From a virus (Duplodnaviria > Caudoviricetes): 62,310 bases of DNA. The stretch covers positions 1-62,310 of IMG/VR virus record IMGVR_UViG_3300033148_005414. One strand, given 5' to 3'. Below, in pieces: positions 26,621 through 35,827 of the stretch. Position 1 is the first letter of the stretch. Each line of letters starts with the position of its first letter. The position numbers and the translations under genes are program-made. Under the pieces are notes generated by a model. That model saw only the letters and a list, made by a program, of their open reading frames with translations. It was not told the DNA's origin and ran no database searches.

Positions 26621-26891
26621 GCTTCACTGCTCTCCTGACATCTGATCTAAAATTTAATAACGCTTTTCTTTTATCTGACGGGGTAATGCACGTTACGAAC
26701 ATTCTTTTTCCCCCCAATGGTAATACTGAGTATATTTTTAAGTGTCTTTTCGACTGTTTAATCTCATTAATAATACAGTCTTCATCATAAAACACCCGTT
26801 TAAGACTTTTTTTCCACTTATTCAGCGACACTGGGGGCCGCCTTAATAAGCAACTTGAACATCTCTTTTGGGATATAAACATCATCCTCAA
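26595..26891 (-). CDS. HicA-like small basic protein; start ambiguous, possible frameshift
   Basis: HLKI...TPSDKRKALLNFRSDVRR resembles phage HicA-like proteins; the GTG at 26817 is out of frame by one A. Confidence 0.55.
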   Translation of the reverse strand: MRMMFISQKRCSSCLLRRPPVSLNKWKKSLKRVFYDEDCIINEIKQSKRHLKIYSVLPLGGKRMFVTCITPSDKRKALLNFRSDVRRAVKHERKQRNN

Positions 26892-27222
26892 AAGTGAGCT
26901 TTCCTAATCTCTTACCGAGAAAATCTCTCAGTCGCATATATACATCCATTACCCTTACCCAGCTTTGCCTGTCGTTATAATTGGCGGCGATTATGCAAGG
27001 AACATCAAATAAATCCTCCATTTTAAGGATGGTTCTCATTATTTTTTGAGGGATAACTATATCGCAATGCTTACTCCAATCTTCATCAACATCGAAGTTT
27101 ATTACAATCATCTTCGGCCCTTCATTTAGGTATAGGTAAACTTCTACGCCATCAATAAAATTGATACCCATATAGATTCCATCCCACATTGAGACCATGT
27201 TATCGATAGCTTTATTTTTCAT
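26818..27222 (-). CDS. Hypothetical protein, divergent paralog of 30202..30651
   Basis: Aligned pattern PCIIAANYNDRQSWV...VYIPKEMFKLL. Confidence 0.65.
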   Translation of the reverse strand: MKNKAIDNMVSMWDGIYMGINFIDGVEVYLYLNEGPKMIVINFDVDEDWSKHCDIVIPQKIMRTILKMEDLFDVPCIIAANYNDRQSWVRVMDVYMRLRDFLGKRLGKLTFEDDVYIPKEMFKLLIKAAPSVAE

Positions 27223-27455
27223 ATTAGCATCTCGAAAAAATCTGGCGCATCATCTGGAAGATCATTGTTGTCCTCTATAACTAATGGCGCATCATGGTAT
27301 TTATCATATTCTGGCTCCCGCCTAGTGTTTATTTCCCAATATTCCCAGTCAAATAAAGACCCAGTAGCTAAATATTTAGCTTTATTTCTTGTTTCTGCAT
27401 AAACAAGCAAGCATCCATCCGAGGGGTATCCTGAAAAAACCATGTATGCCTTCAT
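27219..27455 (-). CDS. Hypothetical protein
   Basis: LVYAETRNKAK...RREPEYD; coupled. Confidence 0.7.
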   Translation of the reverse strand: MKAYMVFSGYPSDGCLLVYAETRNKAKYLATGSLFDWEYWEINTRREPEYDKYHDAPLVIEDNNDLPDDAPDFFEMLI

Positions 27456-28984
27456 GCTTGCTTGCTCTGATATCTGGCTTTAATATTCAAATATGTGATG
27501 TACCTACTAAATTCCTCAGTGGGTTTTTCAAGTCCCCGGTGGAAGCTGTTGGGTGGCACCTGTTTAAATTTATCCTTGTATTTATAGTGAGCCCAACCGG
27601 GCTGATACCCCTTTTCTGCTGCATGCAGTAAGAACATCGAATACCATTTTTGCCGCTCTTCTAACGACGCCTCTTTTTTCCTAGGTTTTTTAACTTTAGG
27701 TAAGCCAACGAGCTTTCCCCGTGCAACCTCAACGTCCTCCGCATGATGGGCAAGCGGCGTCCCGCATTTCGGGCAGATATCTTGTTTCCTGAAGAGGAAG
27801 CCGCAGTTTCCACAGATAAAATCTTTCGGTTCGTCTTTAACCCCATCATCGTCTTTCTTTTTGGCGTCACGTTCAGATACATTCTCATTCTCATTTAAGT
27901 CCCACTCATGCTCTTCGTCAACGGGGCCATGGCGCAATACATTACCAGCATGGTCCATTATTAAACAATCACCACCATCAGATTTTGGCCGTAAACCACG
28001 CCCCGCCATCTGGAGGTACATTCTTAGTGATTTTGTTGGTCTGGCTAGGATAACGCCATCAACATCAGGCATATCAACGCCTTCGGTAAACACCTCACAA
28101 TTTGAGAGTATTTTGTACTTACCGGCTCCAAAATCAGCAACGATTTGGTCTCTTTCTTCAAGATGGGTTTTCCCATCCACGTGTGCAGCCGCTATTCCAG
28201 CTGCATTAAACATATTAACAATAGCTCTTGAGTGAGCAACATTAACCGAGAATGCAATCATTTTTCTATTTAAAGCATATTCTTGGTAATGGTGTACCAA
28301 GTTACCGACAAGCGTAGCATCATTCATAACTTCGCCAAGCTCCTCTTCAACCCAGTCCCCACCTCGAGATCGAATACCTTCTAAGTTCGGTATAGCTGGA
28401 ACCATATAAGAAGCTTCAGCTAAAAACCCAGCATCCATTAACTGTCTTACGCTGGCCCCGTGGTCTCTGGCTAAAATCATGCAATCAAAATAATTACCTA
28501 ACCCTTTACCATTTTTGCGTGTTGGAGTGGCTGTTACGCCAATTAAAAATGAATCTTCATAAAACTCAAGCAAGTGGTCATAGGTTTTGCTGCCGACATG
28601 GTGCGCTTCGTCAACTACTAGTAAATCAGAGCGAGGAAGGTTGATCCTAGCTTTTTTTACAGCTCTAGCCCATAGCGTTTGAATGCTGGCCATTTGAGTA
28701 TGATGAGCGAGATTAGGGACCTCGCCAGCCATGATGATTCCGTGCTCAACAGACTCATTTGTCATGTGCCGGGAGGCTTGTTTAACGAGTTCGCGCCGAT
28801 GAACGAGAAATAAGGTTTCGCTTTTTTTCTCGTCAGCAGCGCCAATTATTTTGGAAAAAAGAACAGATTTTCCGAAGCCAGTTGGGGCTTGAACCAATAT
28901 TTTTCTAAAGCCTTGGCGATACGCCTCACGGATCGCATCATATATGCTTTTTTGGTCTGTTCTTAATATTTTTTTATTAATCAT
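27452..28984 (-). CDS. Superfamily II DEAH-type helicase with C-terminal Zn finger
   Basis: APTGFGKS, DEAHH, TATP, TEGVDMP, QMAGRGLR, CGNC/CPKC, GWAHYKYKDKF. Confidence 0.93.
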   Translation of the reverse strand: MINKKILRTDQKSIYDAIREAYRQGFRKILVQAPTGFGKSVLFSKIIGAADEKKSETLFLVHRRELVKQASRHMTNESVEHGIIMAGEVPNLAHHTQMASIQTLWARAVKKARINLPRSDLLVVDEAHHVGSKTYDHLLEFYEDSFLIGVTATPTRKNGKGLGNYFDCMILARDHGASVRQLMDAGFLAEASYMVPAIPNLEGIRSRGGDWVEEELGEVMNDATLVGNLVHHYQEYALNRKMIAFSVNVAHSRAIVNMFNAAGIAAAHVDGKTHLEERDQIVADFGAGKYKILSNCEVFTEGVDMPDVDGVILARPTKSLRMYLQMAGRGLRPKSDGGDCLIMDHAGNVLRHGPVDEEHEWDLNENENVSERDAKKKDDDGVKDEPKDFICGNCGFLFRKQDICPKCGTPLAHHAEDVEVARGKLVGLPKVKKPRKKEASLEERQKWYSMFLLHAAEKGYQPGWAHYKYKDKFKQVPPNSFHRGLEKPTEEFSRYITYLNIKARYQSKQA

Positions 28985-29046
28985 AATTGAATCGTACCTG
29001 TCAACTTTGCATAATGGTAATTAAAAGATTTTATGTGGGCATAAAA

Positions 29047-29988
29047 TTACTGATAACATTTTGGCAGGTTGTTTATTATATTCTTTGTAGCAGCCCAACT
29101 AAGTAGATAATGAGGCTCAATCTTAGTAAGAGAATCAACTTTGGATTGACCGAATGTTTCTATCCACTCATTTAACTTAATTAATAGCCTTTCATGGGCC
29201 CACTTCTCCACATTTTCTAATGCTTTTTTCTCGAACCACTCTCTGGCGTTTGTTTCCGTGACGACTCCACCAGAATCGATGCCTCGTCGAACCAAATATT
29301 TGTCATATGCGGCCGTTTCGCCTCCATTATGTTGAAGTCGATGTATTTCGCTGACAAGAGGAACTCCACTAAATTCTGGCTTGTACGCCGTTCCTGAATC
29401 ACCAGCTCGTCGTACATGGGCAAACTCAGTTCGCTCCACACCTTTTTCGCCATCCCAGTCGAAACCACCAGTAACAATGCAGCGTCGCTTCCGAGTAAAC
29501 TCCTGATACTGTTGATCGGTGCCAATGATTTTCCAGAGCTTTGGGTTCTTGAAAAATCCAGATTGATGTAGGTCCCTGACTTCGTGTCCCCACTCACCTT
29601 TTTCTTTTTTAGCTTTATTTTTGGCTTTGACAATTTTTTCCACCTTTTCACTTAAAATGAATTTCCAATAGAAATATTCATCCTTGTTGCCACGGAAAAA
29701 TGTTAGATCCTCGGGCTCGACACGGAACTTAACCCAACCACCTTTTGTATCTGTTTCGCCAAAACCAAGTTGCTGGCCATCGTTGCGCCAGACAAAATCT
29801 TTATTTAACTCATATTTACCGTTGGCCTCCACTACTACGCATGCCGTCATGACGTATGTGGAGCCTTTTAAGCCCCTCCATCTTGGCATGTCCCGTATTG
29901 GCATAAGGAGCTTAATCCACGGACCAGAGCCAGAGGATTCACCGTAGTCAGCTAAAATCGCTACATCTTCCCAATGAGCGTCACTCAT
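29047..29988 (-). CDS. Hypothetical protein with C-terminal HNH-like (DUF968-type) domain
   Basis: CIVTG...FAHVR...GTAYKP...VPL...HRLQH. Confidence 0.65.
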   Translation of the reverse strand: MSDAHWEDVAILADYGESSGSGPWIKLLMPIRDMPRWRGLKGSTYVMTACVVVEANGKYELNKDFVWRNDGQQLGFGETDTKGGWVKFRVEPEDLTFFRGNKDEYFYWKFILSEKVEKIVKAKNKAKKEKGEWGHEVRDLHQSGFFKNPKLWKIIGTDQQYQEFTRKRRCIVTGGFDWDGEKGVERTEFAHVRRAGDSGTAYKPEFSGVPLVSEIHRLQHNGGETAAYDKYLVRRGIDSGGVVTETNAREWFEKKALENVEKWAHERLLIKLNEWIETFGQSKVDSLTKIEPHYLLSWAATKNIINNLPKCYQ

Positions 29989-30212
29989 TACTCGTCTACC
30001 CCATAAACGTAATCCATACTCCACTTACCATCACGAAAATCACCCCTTGGATCTGTTTGCCCCTCAGTCCCAAAACCATCTTGATTATGTATATCGCTCA
30101 ACATTGACTCTAAATCTGCAGCCAAAAACCCAGTAAAATCTGCATCTTCAACTACCAACGCGGATAATCTTGTCAATACTGTATTAATTCGTATTTGTGT
30201 TTTAGTCATCAT
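29988..30212 (-). CDS. Hypothetical protein
   Basis: DGFGTEGQTDPRGD motif; coupled. Confidence 0.7.
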   Translation of the reverse strand: MMTKTQIRINTVLTRLSALVVEDADFTGFLAADLESMLSDIHNQDGFGTEGQTDPRGDFRDGKWSMDYVYGVDE

Positions 30213-30651
30213 ACTTCACCAGTGTTTCAAATAAGTAAATCGGAATATGGACAACAGGCTCGATATCTTGAGCATCACTTCGATCCGTGCGACCACCCAT
30301 GTTGACGGTTATTACTTTGATGGCTTCCTTGCATTTAAGGTATCCAATCTCATCATCCCAATTAACCACCAGAATAAAGGGTAAATTCGTATACGCTTCC
30401 AAATTCAACCCGGCAACCCATTTATCAAGACTAATCATATATGTTGGATATTTATGACGTTTACACGCCCTGTTTTTTAACTCAACAAAAGCTCTGGGCA
30501 AGCCATTTTTCTTATTTTTCATTAAGCAGTCGATTTTGTTTTTCATCGGCAGCTTAATCATTTCCGAACCCCAAGCTTTTTCGACCTCAAACATAGTCTT
30601 TTCTTCTGACTTTAAGCTGGCTTCGTTCTCGTATATTGGTCGGTCAGTCAT
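30202..30651 (-). CDS. PD-(D/E)XK-like nuclease
   Basis: IDCL...FVELKNR catalytic pattern; GRTDRSD..DIEPVVHIP. Confidence 0.7.
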   Translation of the reverse strand: MTDRPIYENEASLKSEEKTMFEVEKAWGSEMIKLPMKNKIDCLMKNKKNGLPRAFVELKNRACKRHKYPTYMISLDKWVAGLNLEAYTNLPFILVVNWDDEIGYLKCKEAIKVITVNMGGRTDRSDAQDIEPVVHIPIYLFETLVKYDD

Positions 30652-30905
30652 TGTTCTTTCCAAACAGAAAAAATCACCATAGTAAGCGAAGCTATGCCAG
30701 AAACCGAAAATAATACCACCCCAGCTTCTTTAGCTGCTGGAATAATAACTGCAAATGGAACCATTACTACGCCAAGCATAGCAAGCACAAATAAGGTTAA
30801 AATTATTTTTTCTCTCACGGCCCTCTCCTCGTTATAAACCATGCGACTGTGTATCCAATAAATGGTGAAGCTAACACAAGCCCAAACGGACCCATGTTCT
30901 CCCAC
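30648..30905 (-). CDS. Small membrane protein (probable start GTG 30818)
   Basis: Two hydrophobic helices; GAGGAG before the GTG. Confidence 0.55.
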   Translation of the reverse strand: MGEHGSVWACVSFTIYWIHSRMVYNEERAVREKIILTLFVLAMLGVVMVPFAVIIPAAKEAGVVLFSVSGIASLTMVIFSVWKEQ

Positions 30906-30930
30906 ATCTCGTAGGTCATATAAGTTAAAA

Positions 30931-31374
30931 TTATGACCCAGATGTACATTGTGCGTTTAAACCCTCACCGTTTTCTTCGTGCCATTTTTCATGACATTTA
31001 CTACATAACCACCTAACTTCAAGTGGTTTATCATAATCATCGTGGTGTGCATGAACTATTGGCTCTTCACAACACTCGCATGGCGCTTTAACTAACAAAC
31101 CATCCCGAATCGCGTTTCCCGTTGTTACGTGGATAGACCGCTTAAACGAATTTTTATCCCGCCATTTACGTTTTGCCCTGTTACCAGCAACAATTCCAGC
31201 TTCTGTCTTAGAATAATCCTTTTTCTTCTGAATACGAGCTGGATCTTGATCCCGTTTTTTATCAGAAATCTTTAAGCAAGCCTTACATGCTGCCATCAAA
31301 AAATCATGAGAGGCCATACGGCTACCAAACTCAGTTTCTTCTTTTTTAAACCCGCACCTAGAACATTTTTTCAT
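30931..31374 (-). CDS. HNH-like endonuclease with Zn-binding Cys pairs
   Basis: CSRC, CKAC, CECC, HAHHDDYDKPLEVRWLCSKCH. Confidence 0.85.
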   Translation of the reverse strand: MKKCSRCGFKKEETEFGSRMASHDFLMAACKACLKISDKKRDQDPARIQKKKDYSKTEAGIVAGNRAKRKWRDKNSFKRSIHVTTGNAIRDGLLVKAPCECCEEPIVHAHHDDYDKPLEVRWLCSKCHEKWHEENGEGLNAQCTSGS

Positions 31375-31431
31375 TTTAATTCACCTCTGAGTCTAAATTA
31401 GCACTCAGATAAGCGAATGTCAATGGGATGT

Positions 31432-31884
31432 CTAAAAGGGTATATCATCATCAAAGTCATTATTAGCTGCTGGTGCTGCCTGACTCGGAGCCGAATTATC
31501 CTGCCCACTTGCTGCTGAACTTGCATTGTTTTCATTGTACTCACCGCCACGGGAATCAAGCATTTGCATTTCGTTAGCAATGATTTCAGTAGTCCAATGA
31601 TCTTTGCCGTCTTTATCCTGCCATTTCCGGGTCTGCAGTTTGCCTTCAATGTAGACTTTGGAGCCTTTTTTAAGGTATTCACCAACAATCTCGGCCAGCC
31701 TGCGGAAAAACACAATACGATGCCATTCAGTTTTATCAACCTGCTCACCGGTATTTTTATCCTTCCAGCTTTCGCTTGTGGCGATTGTCACGTTAGCCAC
31801 AGCATTGCCATTAGGCATGTACTTAACTTCAGGATCTTGCCCAAGATTACCTATTAGAATTACCTTATTTACTCCGCGTGCCAT
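31432..31884 (-). CDS. ssb: Single-stranded DNA-binding protein
   Basis: [20 protein letters not shown]..., [10 protein letters not shown]-terminal DFDDDIPF. Confidence 0.98.
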   Translation of the reverse strand: MARGVNKVILIGNLGQDPEVKYMPNGNAVANVTIATSESWKDKNTGEQVDKTEWHRIVFFRRLAEIVGEYLKKGSKVYIEGKLQTRKWQDKDGKDHWTTEIIANEMQMLDSRGGEYNENNASSAASGQDNSAPSQAAPAANNDFDDDIPF

Positions 31885-31924
31885 TATTAATTTTCCTTGT
31901 GTTGTTATAGAATTTACTTATCTC

Positions 31925-32320
31925 TCACTCTTTAAAAAAGTATTCATCGAGATTTATTGCTTTCAAAACACTGCCGGTTTTTAGTGTCTCAGGTAGTGAT
32001 GATGCGCAACCTTGATGAAATTTCCTGCCGCAATATTCATGTATCCTGCCTACAATAATTTCTTTTGTTGGGTTATATACGCCAATTAATTGAGCTTTTA
32101 CATAAATTACCGCCGCATGAGTCCTGTTATGCACATTTAATTTACCCAGAACGCTTTTAACGTGAAGCTTTACAACTCCAACACTAATCCCCAATTCATG
32201 AGCAATTAATTTATTACATAGCCCTTCTGCAACCAGCTTAAGCACGTCTGTTTCCCTTTTCGTTATCGAGCCTAGCAATTCATTTGGATCAGATTCGCTC
32301 TTGTCTATTGCTGGCTTCAT
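31925..32320 (-). CDS. LuxR/NarL-type HTH regulator without receiver domain
   Basis: ITKRETDVLKLVAEGLCNKLIAHELGISVGVVKLHVKSVLGKLNVHNRTHA. Confidence 0.88.
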   Translation of the reverse strand: MKPAIDKSESDPNELLGSITKRETDVLKLVAEGLCNKLIAHELGISVGVVKLHVKSVLGKLNVHNRTHAAVIYVKAQLIGVYNPTKEIIVGRIHEYCGRKFHQGCASSLPETLKTGSVLKAINLDEYFFKE

Positions 32321-32353
32321 AATTTCTCTTTATCTGGTTATAAATAAAATTAA

Positions 32354-32481
32354 TGGTGTTGGGGGGAGGATTTGAACCTCCGACATCTTCGTTTAAACTT
32401 TGATTCACGATTTAGGGTAATGTGCTCAGCGTCAAATCGCGTTCCCAGTCACCCCTGCCTTCTCCACTTTGGCCTCCCAAC
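32354..32481 (-). ncRNA. tRNA-like RNA (128 nt) with expanded, non-canonical anticodon domain
   Basis: Acceptor GTTGGGA/CCCCAAC-A-CCA, D-arm GCC..GTGG..GGC, perfect T-arm GGAGG-TTCAAAT-CCTCC; ~75 nt between D and T arms. Confidence 0.7.
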
Positions 32482-32488
32482 AAAACTT

Positions 32489-33184
32489 TTACCTCACAGC
32501 AGCAGAAATTTTCTTGTACAGCTTGATGCCGAAGTTGGTTTTTTCAACTTTACGGCTAACAGCCAGCGCATTCAATTTAGCCTGTTTAATTTCAATGAAA
32601 TCAGGCGGGATATTGCCGTCGATTATCGCCTGTAGGAACTCATTAAGATTAACTACTTCACCTAACCAGTTTGTCTTGGCTGATGTTGACGCACCTAGAT
32701 CACCACGAGCAATTGGAGCTTTAGCCACGGTGTCTGGCAAATCAGCTGCAGCTTCAACAATAGCTTCTGCTGTATCGGTGTCACCGTCTTTTTCGGCCTG
32801 CTCAGCACGCTCTAAAGCTTCTTTTTCGGCCAATTTACGGGCTTCTTCTGCCGCTGCTTCCTGACGTATCGCCCGGGCAGAAACATATTCATCCATTTTA
32901 ACTTTCAGATCGGCCTTAGCTGTGTTTAATGGACCAACAGTTTCTTTGAATTGAGTGTTAATCCATTTCACATGATCGTTAAGCGGCTTAACCAGAGCGG
33001 TACGAGCCTCATCAGATTTTTTTATCTGGGTATTAATAACTTTTGCTAAGTCACCGGCTGTGGCTAAAACGTCATCATCGATGATAACGACCCGGCCAAC
33101 CTGCTCGAGTAAATTTGCACCCTTTGACACGATAGGGCCTGTTGCTTTGCCCAGCGACTCTGGACTCATAATTTGTGCTGACAT
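32489..33184 (-). CDS. Coiled-coil protein of the recombination module
   Basis: RTALVKPLND...INTQFK; Ala/Glu-rich helix; GGAG RBS. Confidence 0.75.
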   Translation of the reverse strand: MSAQIMSPESLGKATGPIVSKGANLLEQVGRVVIIDDDVLATAGDLAKVINTQIKKSDEARTALVKPLNDHVKWINTQFKETVGPLNTAKADLKVKMDEYVSARAIRQEAAAEEARKLAEKEALERAEQAEKDGDTDTAEAIVEAAADLPDTVAKAPIARGDLGASTSAKTNWLGEVVNLNEFLQAIIDGNIPPDFIEIKQAKLNALAVSRKVEKTNFGIKLYKKISAAVR

Positions 33185-33193
33185 TTCTCTCTC

Positions 33194-33619
33194 CTACAGT
33201 TTAGATAGTAAAAATTGATTATTCAGTAGGCGCTTATATACTGTTTCGCCATTCTCTGTTTGCATGTATGGTAAAAAAACTTCAACCATATCAACCATGT
33301 CTGTTTCGATGAAAGCAAGCTGAGCCTTAATCCAGTCTTTTATTATTCGCCACGCTGTTCTGGCGGCTTGCTCCCTCGTTTTATATTTTCGCCCAATATC
33401 AGCGTTCTGTAATACGACATAAAGCTTGTCTATATTTGCTGGCAAAGTGAAGTACATAGCTCCATTCGACGTATTTAACTGAAAGGTGATCCCAGTCATA
33501 ACTCCATCATCATCAAACTGGGTCATAAACCCTTTAACTCCAGCCTTCACAAGAAGCATCTGTATTTCTATTGCGGTTTTCTCAGTAGCAACCTGTGTTG
33601 TGTAATTTAGTATCGCCAT
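33194..33619 (-). CDS. Conserved phage hypothetical protein
   Basis: QAARTAWRIIKDWIKAQL...EVFLPY. Confidence 0.8.
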   Translation of the reverse strand: MAILNYTTQVATEKTAIEIQMLLVKAGVKGFMTQFDDDGVMTGITFQLNTSNGAMYFTLPANIDKLYVVLQNADIGRKYKTREQAARTAWRIIKDWIKAQLAFIETDMVDMVEVFLPYMQTENGETVYKRLLNNQFLLSKL

Positions 33620-34242
33620 TAAAATAAATCCGGTATTTCTGTTGTAAAACCGACCTCCAAACGAGTGTCAGCTATTAAATGTTCATAAAACTCAGCGCAC
33701 TTCTCCTCCATGCGCTCTAGATAACTATTATCACGTTCAATTTCGAGAACGATTAACTGCTTCTCTGGATCTTTGTACCGTGGATCAAAGCTGATAAAGT
33801 GGCACACTTCCTTCTCGGTACACCAGATTTCAGATTGAATTTGAGGTTTATATGTATCAGCCCCAACCCCGTGAACCACAGTCATCGCGTGAATCTCTTC
33901 ATTAAATGGGCACTTTACTTCCTGAACGGCATCATCAGTAAGTCCGTCAGGTAATACCGCCACATATTCAATTCTCGGGTGAACGATTGATACCTTTGGC
34001 ACCAATACATCCACTCCATTCTCAATTTCATAATTCGCAATGGCCATAGGTTCATAGCGATTCCCCCAGTCAAGTGATGGCGCATACACCTCTTCGCCTA
34101 TACAGATATCGGGCTGCTCTATTTCAAGCTTCTTCTGATCAAGTAAGGTGTTCCATGCTTTAGGGCCACCATCCATAATAGTGCTCATTATGGAGCCGGT
34201 GATTTTCCCTAGCCGCTTACTTTTCTGTTCCGCTGTCAGCAC
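33619..34242 (-). CDS. YqaJ/lambda-exonuclease family recombination nuclease
   Basis: RLGKITGS, WGNRYEP, PDGL, EVKCP, QIQ, FISFDPR. Confidence 0.9.
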   Translation of the reverse strand: MLTAEQKSKRLGKITGSIMSTIMDGGPKAWNTLLDQKKLEIEQPDICIGEEVYAPSLDWGNRYEPMAIANYEIENGVDVLVPKVSIVHPRIEYVAVLPDGLTDDAVQEVKCPFNEEIHAMTVVHGVGADTYKPQIQSEIWCTEKEVCHFISFDPRYKDPEKQLIVLEIERDNSYLERMEEKCAEFYEHLIADTRLEVGFTTEIPDLF

Positions 34243-35173
34243 TATCTTTACCTTTTTTTGGCTTGTTTTCTTTCACTTTTTTATTATGGGCATCTACTGC
34301 TTTTTTTAGGCGAGACTTGCATGCCGCAAACTTCTCAATAGGTAGTTGCTCAATGGATTCAATGCCAAAAGCAGTGTAAATTTTGGCGACATTTACTTTT
34401 GACTCAACTGCCAGCTTATTTAGCTCTTGAACCTGTTCATCGCTAATTACAACAACTGCTGACTCAATCGGTGAGTTATCGATGTTGGTCGATGTCAAGC
34501 CTTGATGTTCATTAATGAGGGCTTCTGCTTCCATGAACCGCTGCGTGATTGGCCATGATTTAGACCCGCGACGAAGTAAACTTTTCTTCATCATCTCTTC
34601 TGGCCATGTTTTCCATGGGCCATTCTGGGCTTTGGATGTTTTTTTGATGTCATCAAGCTCAGCAATTGACATCGCGTCCACCAGATAATCTCCATTGTGG
34701 AGCTTGGCTATTGAGTAGCCACCCACAATAGGCCCCCGATCCTCTGGCTTAGCGAAAGCGGAAAAGGTATGGATTGGTTTTGTATCCACACCAGTAAATT
34801 CAAAATTATCTTCATCATAAACAAGCATTGCTTTTGCCCAAATAATTGAGCCTGAGTCGGTGGCAATCTTAACGAGACCACGGTATGAGATATCCAGACA
34901 GGCTTTGCCATCCCGAGGTACGAGATAAGCTAATTTTTCTGCTGGGTTTAATGATAAGCCAATAGAGGCTATGTTAATAATTGCTTTTCGGAATGATTCT
35001 ATCGGGCAACCTTGCAGGTATTCGCTAGCTTCGATGGCCTGCATAGCAAACCCGCTTTCTTTAGCCCACACCATACCATTTTTTTCTGCTAGAGCGATTT
35101 GCTCAAAAAACTTCTTGCCAGTCCCTATTGACTGGCGAATGCTAACCATCTTTTTTTGCTTCTGGTTACTCAT
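34217..35173 (-). CDS. recT: RecT-family single-strand annealing protein
   Basis: GLSLNP..AYLVP, ISYRGL, PWKTWPEEMMKKSLLRR. Confidence 0.9.
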   Translation of the reverse strand: MSNQKQKKMVSIRQSIGTGKKFFEQIALAEKNGMVWAKESGFAMQAIEASEYLQGCPIESFRKAIINIASIGLSLNPAEKLAYLVPRDGKACLDISYRGLVKIATDSGSIIWAKAMLVYDEDNFEFTGVDTKPIHTFSAFAKPEDRGPIVGGYSIAKLHNGDYLVDAMSIAELDDIKKTSKAQNGPWKTWPEEMMKKSLLRRGSKSWPITQRFMEAEALINEHQGLTSTNIDNSPIESAVVVISDEQVQELNKLAVESKVNVAKIYTAFGIESIEQLPIEKFAACKSRLKKAVDAHNKKVKENKPKKGKDSADSGTEK

Positions 35174-35218
35174 TAGTCCCCCTCTCAGTACACGTTAAGT
35201 ATCTCTTGCGTGTAGTAA

Positions 35219-35247
35219 ATGTATATCATCAATTGAGGACTGTCTAA
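35219..35247 (-). promoter_or_regulatory. Candidate sigma70 promoter for the recT operon
   Basis: TAGACA-N17-TACATT on the minus strand. Confidence 0.5.
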
Positions 35248-35278
35248 TTTTTTATTTTTATGTGGGGATAAGTAAAAC

Positions 35279-35776
35279 TTATGAACGATGAATTTCTTTA
35301 TGGCAAGAGCGACAGACGTGTACGATATTTCTAAAAGAATTGGAACCGCCAAATTGGATTTGTAATACATGGTGACGATGATGTGGCTCACCCTCACAAA
35401 CAAAACAAACCTTGTTTTTCATGGAGAACATTTTAATAACACGTGGATCTGTTAATTTTTCTTGATTGTCTCGTCCATTATTAAATGCTTTTCGTTGTTT
35501 TTGTCTGGCCACGTAGTTAGGGCTTGATATGGATATTCCAGTCATCGCTTTTAATAAGTTCAACTTATATTCAGAGTCATACCCACATCCAGATTTTGTT
35601 TTTATAGCTGCGAACCGCTTAAAGTTCTTTTTATCGAACAGCGACCAGAACATACATAGTAACGGTTTGCAGTCTTTAAACTCTCCATCGCCACCCAGTA
35701 CGGAATATGCTTTGTTATATTGATTCTGTTTTCCCATATCCATATGGTCGCTCAGCAATTGATTATCTGTCAACAA
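35279..35776 (-). CDS. HNH endonuclease
   Basis: CFVC...HRHHVLQIQFGGSNSFRNIVHVCRSCH. Confidence 0.85.
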   Translation of the reverse strand: MLTDNQLLSDHMDMGKQNQYNKAYSVLGGDGEFKDCKPLLCMFWSLFDKKNFKRFAAIKTKSGCGYDSEYKLNLLKAMTGISISSPNYVARQKQRKAFNNGRDNQEKLTDPRVIKMFSMKNKVCFVCEGEPHHRHHVLQIQFGGSNSFRNIVHVCRSCHKEIHRS

Positions 35777-35787
35777 TAAACTATAAT
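35759..35787 (+). promoter_or_regulatory. Sigma70 promoter for the Cro-like gene
   Basis: TTGATT-N17-TATAAT. Confidence 0.65.
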
Positions 35788-35827
35788 CATTTTAACGATT
35801 ATATTTATTGATACATTAGGAAAATTT

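Noticed and set aside
32354-32481. Canonical tRNA or intron-containing tRNA
   Set aside because: No 5-bp stem with 7-nt anticodon loop; the insert is too short for a group I intron; no anticodon can be assigned
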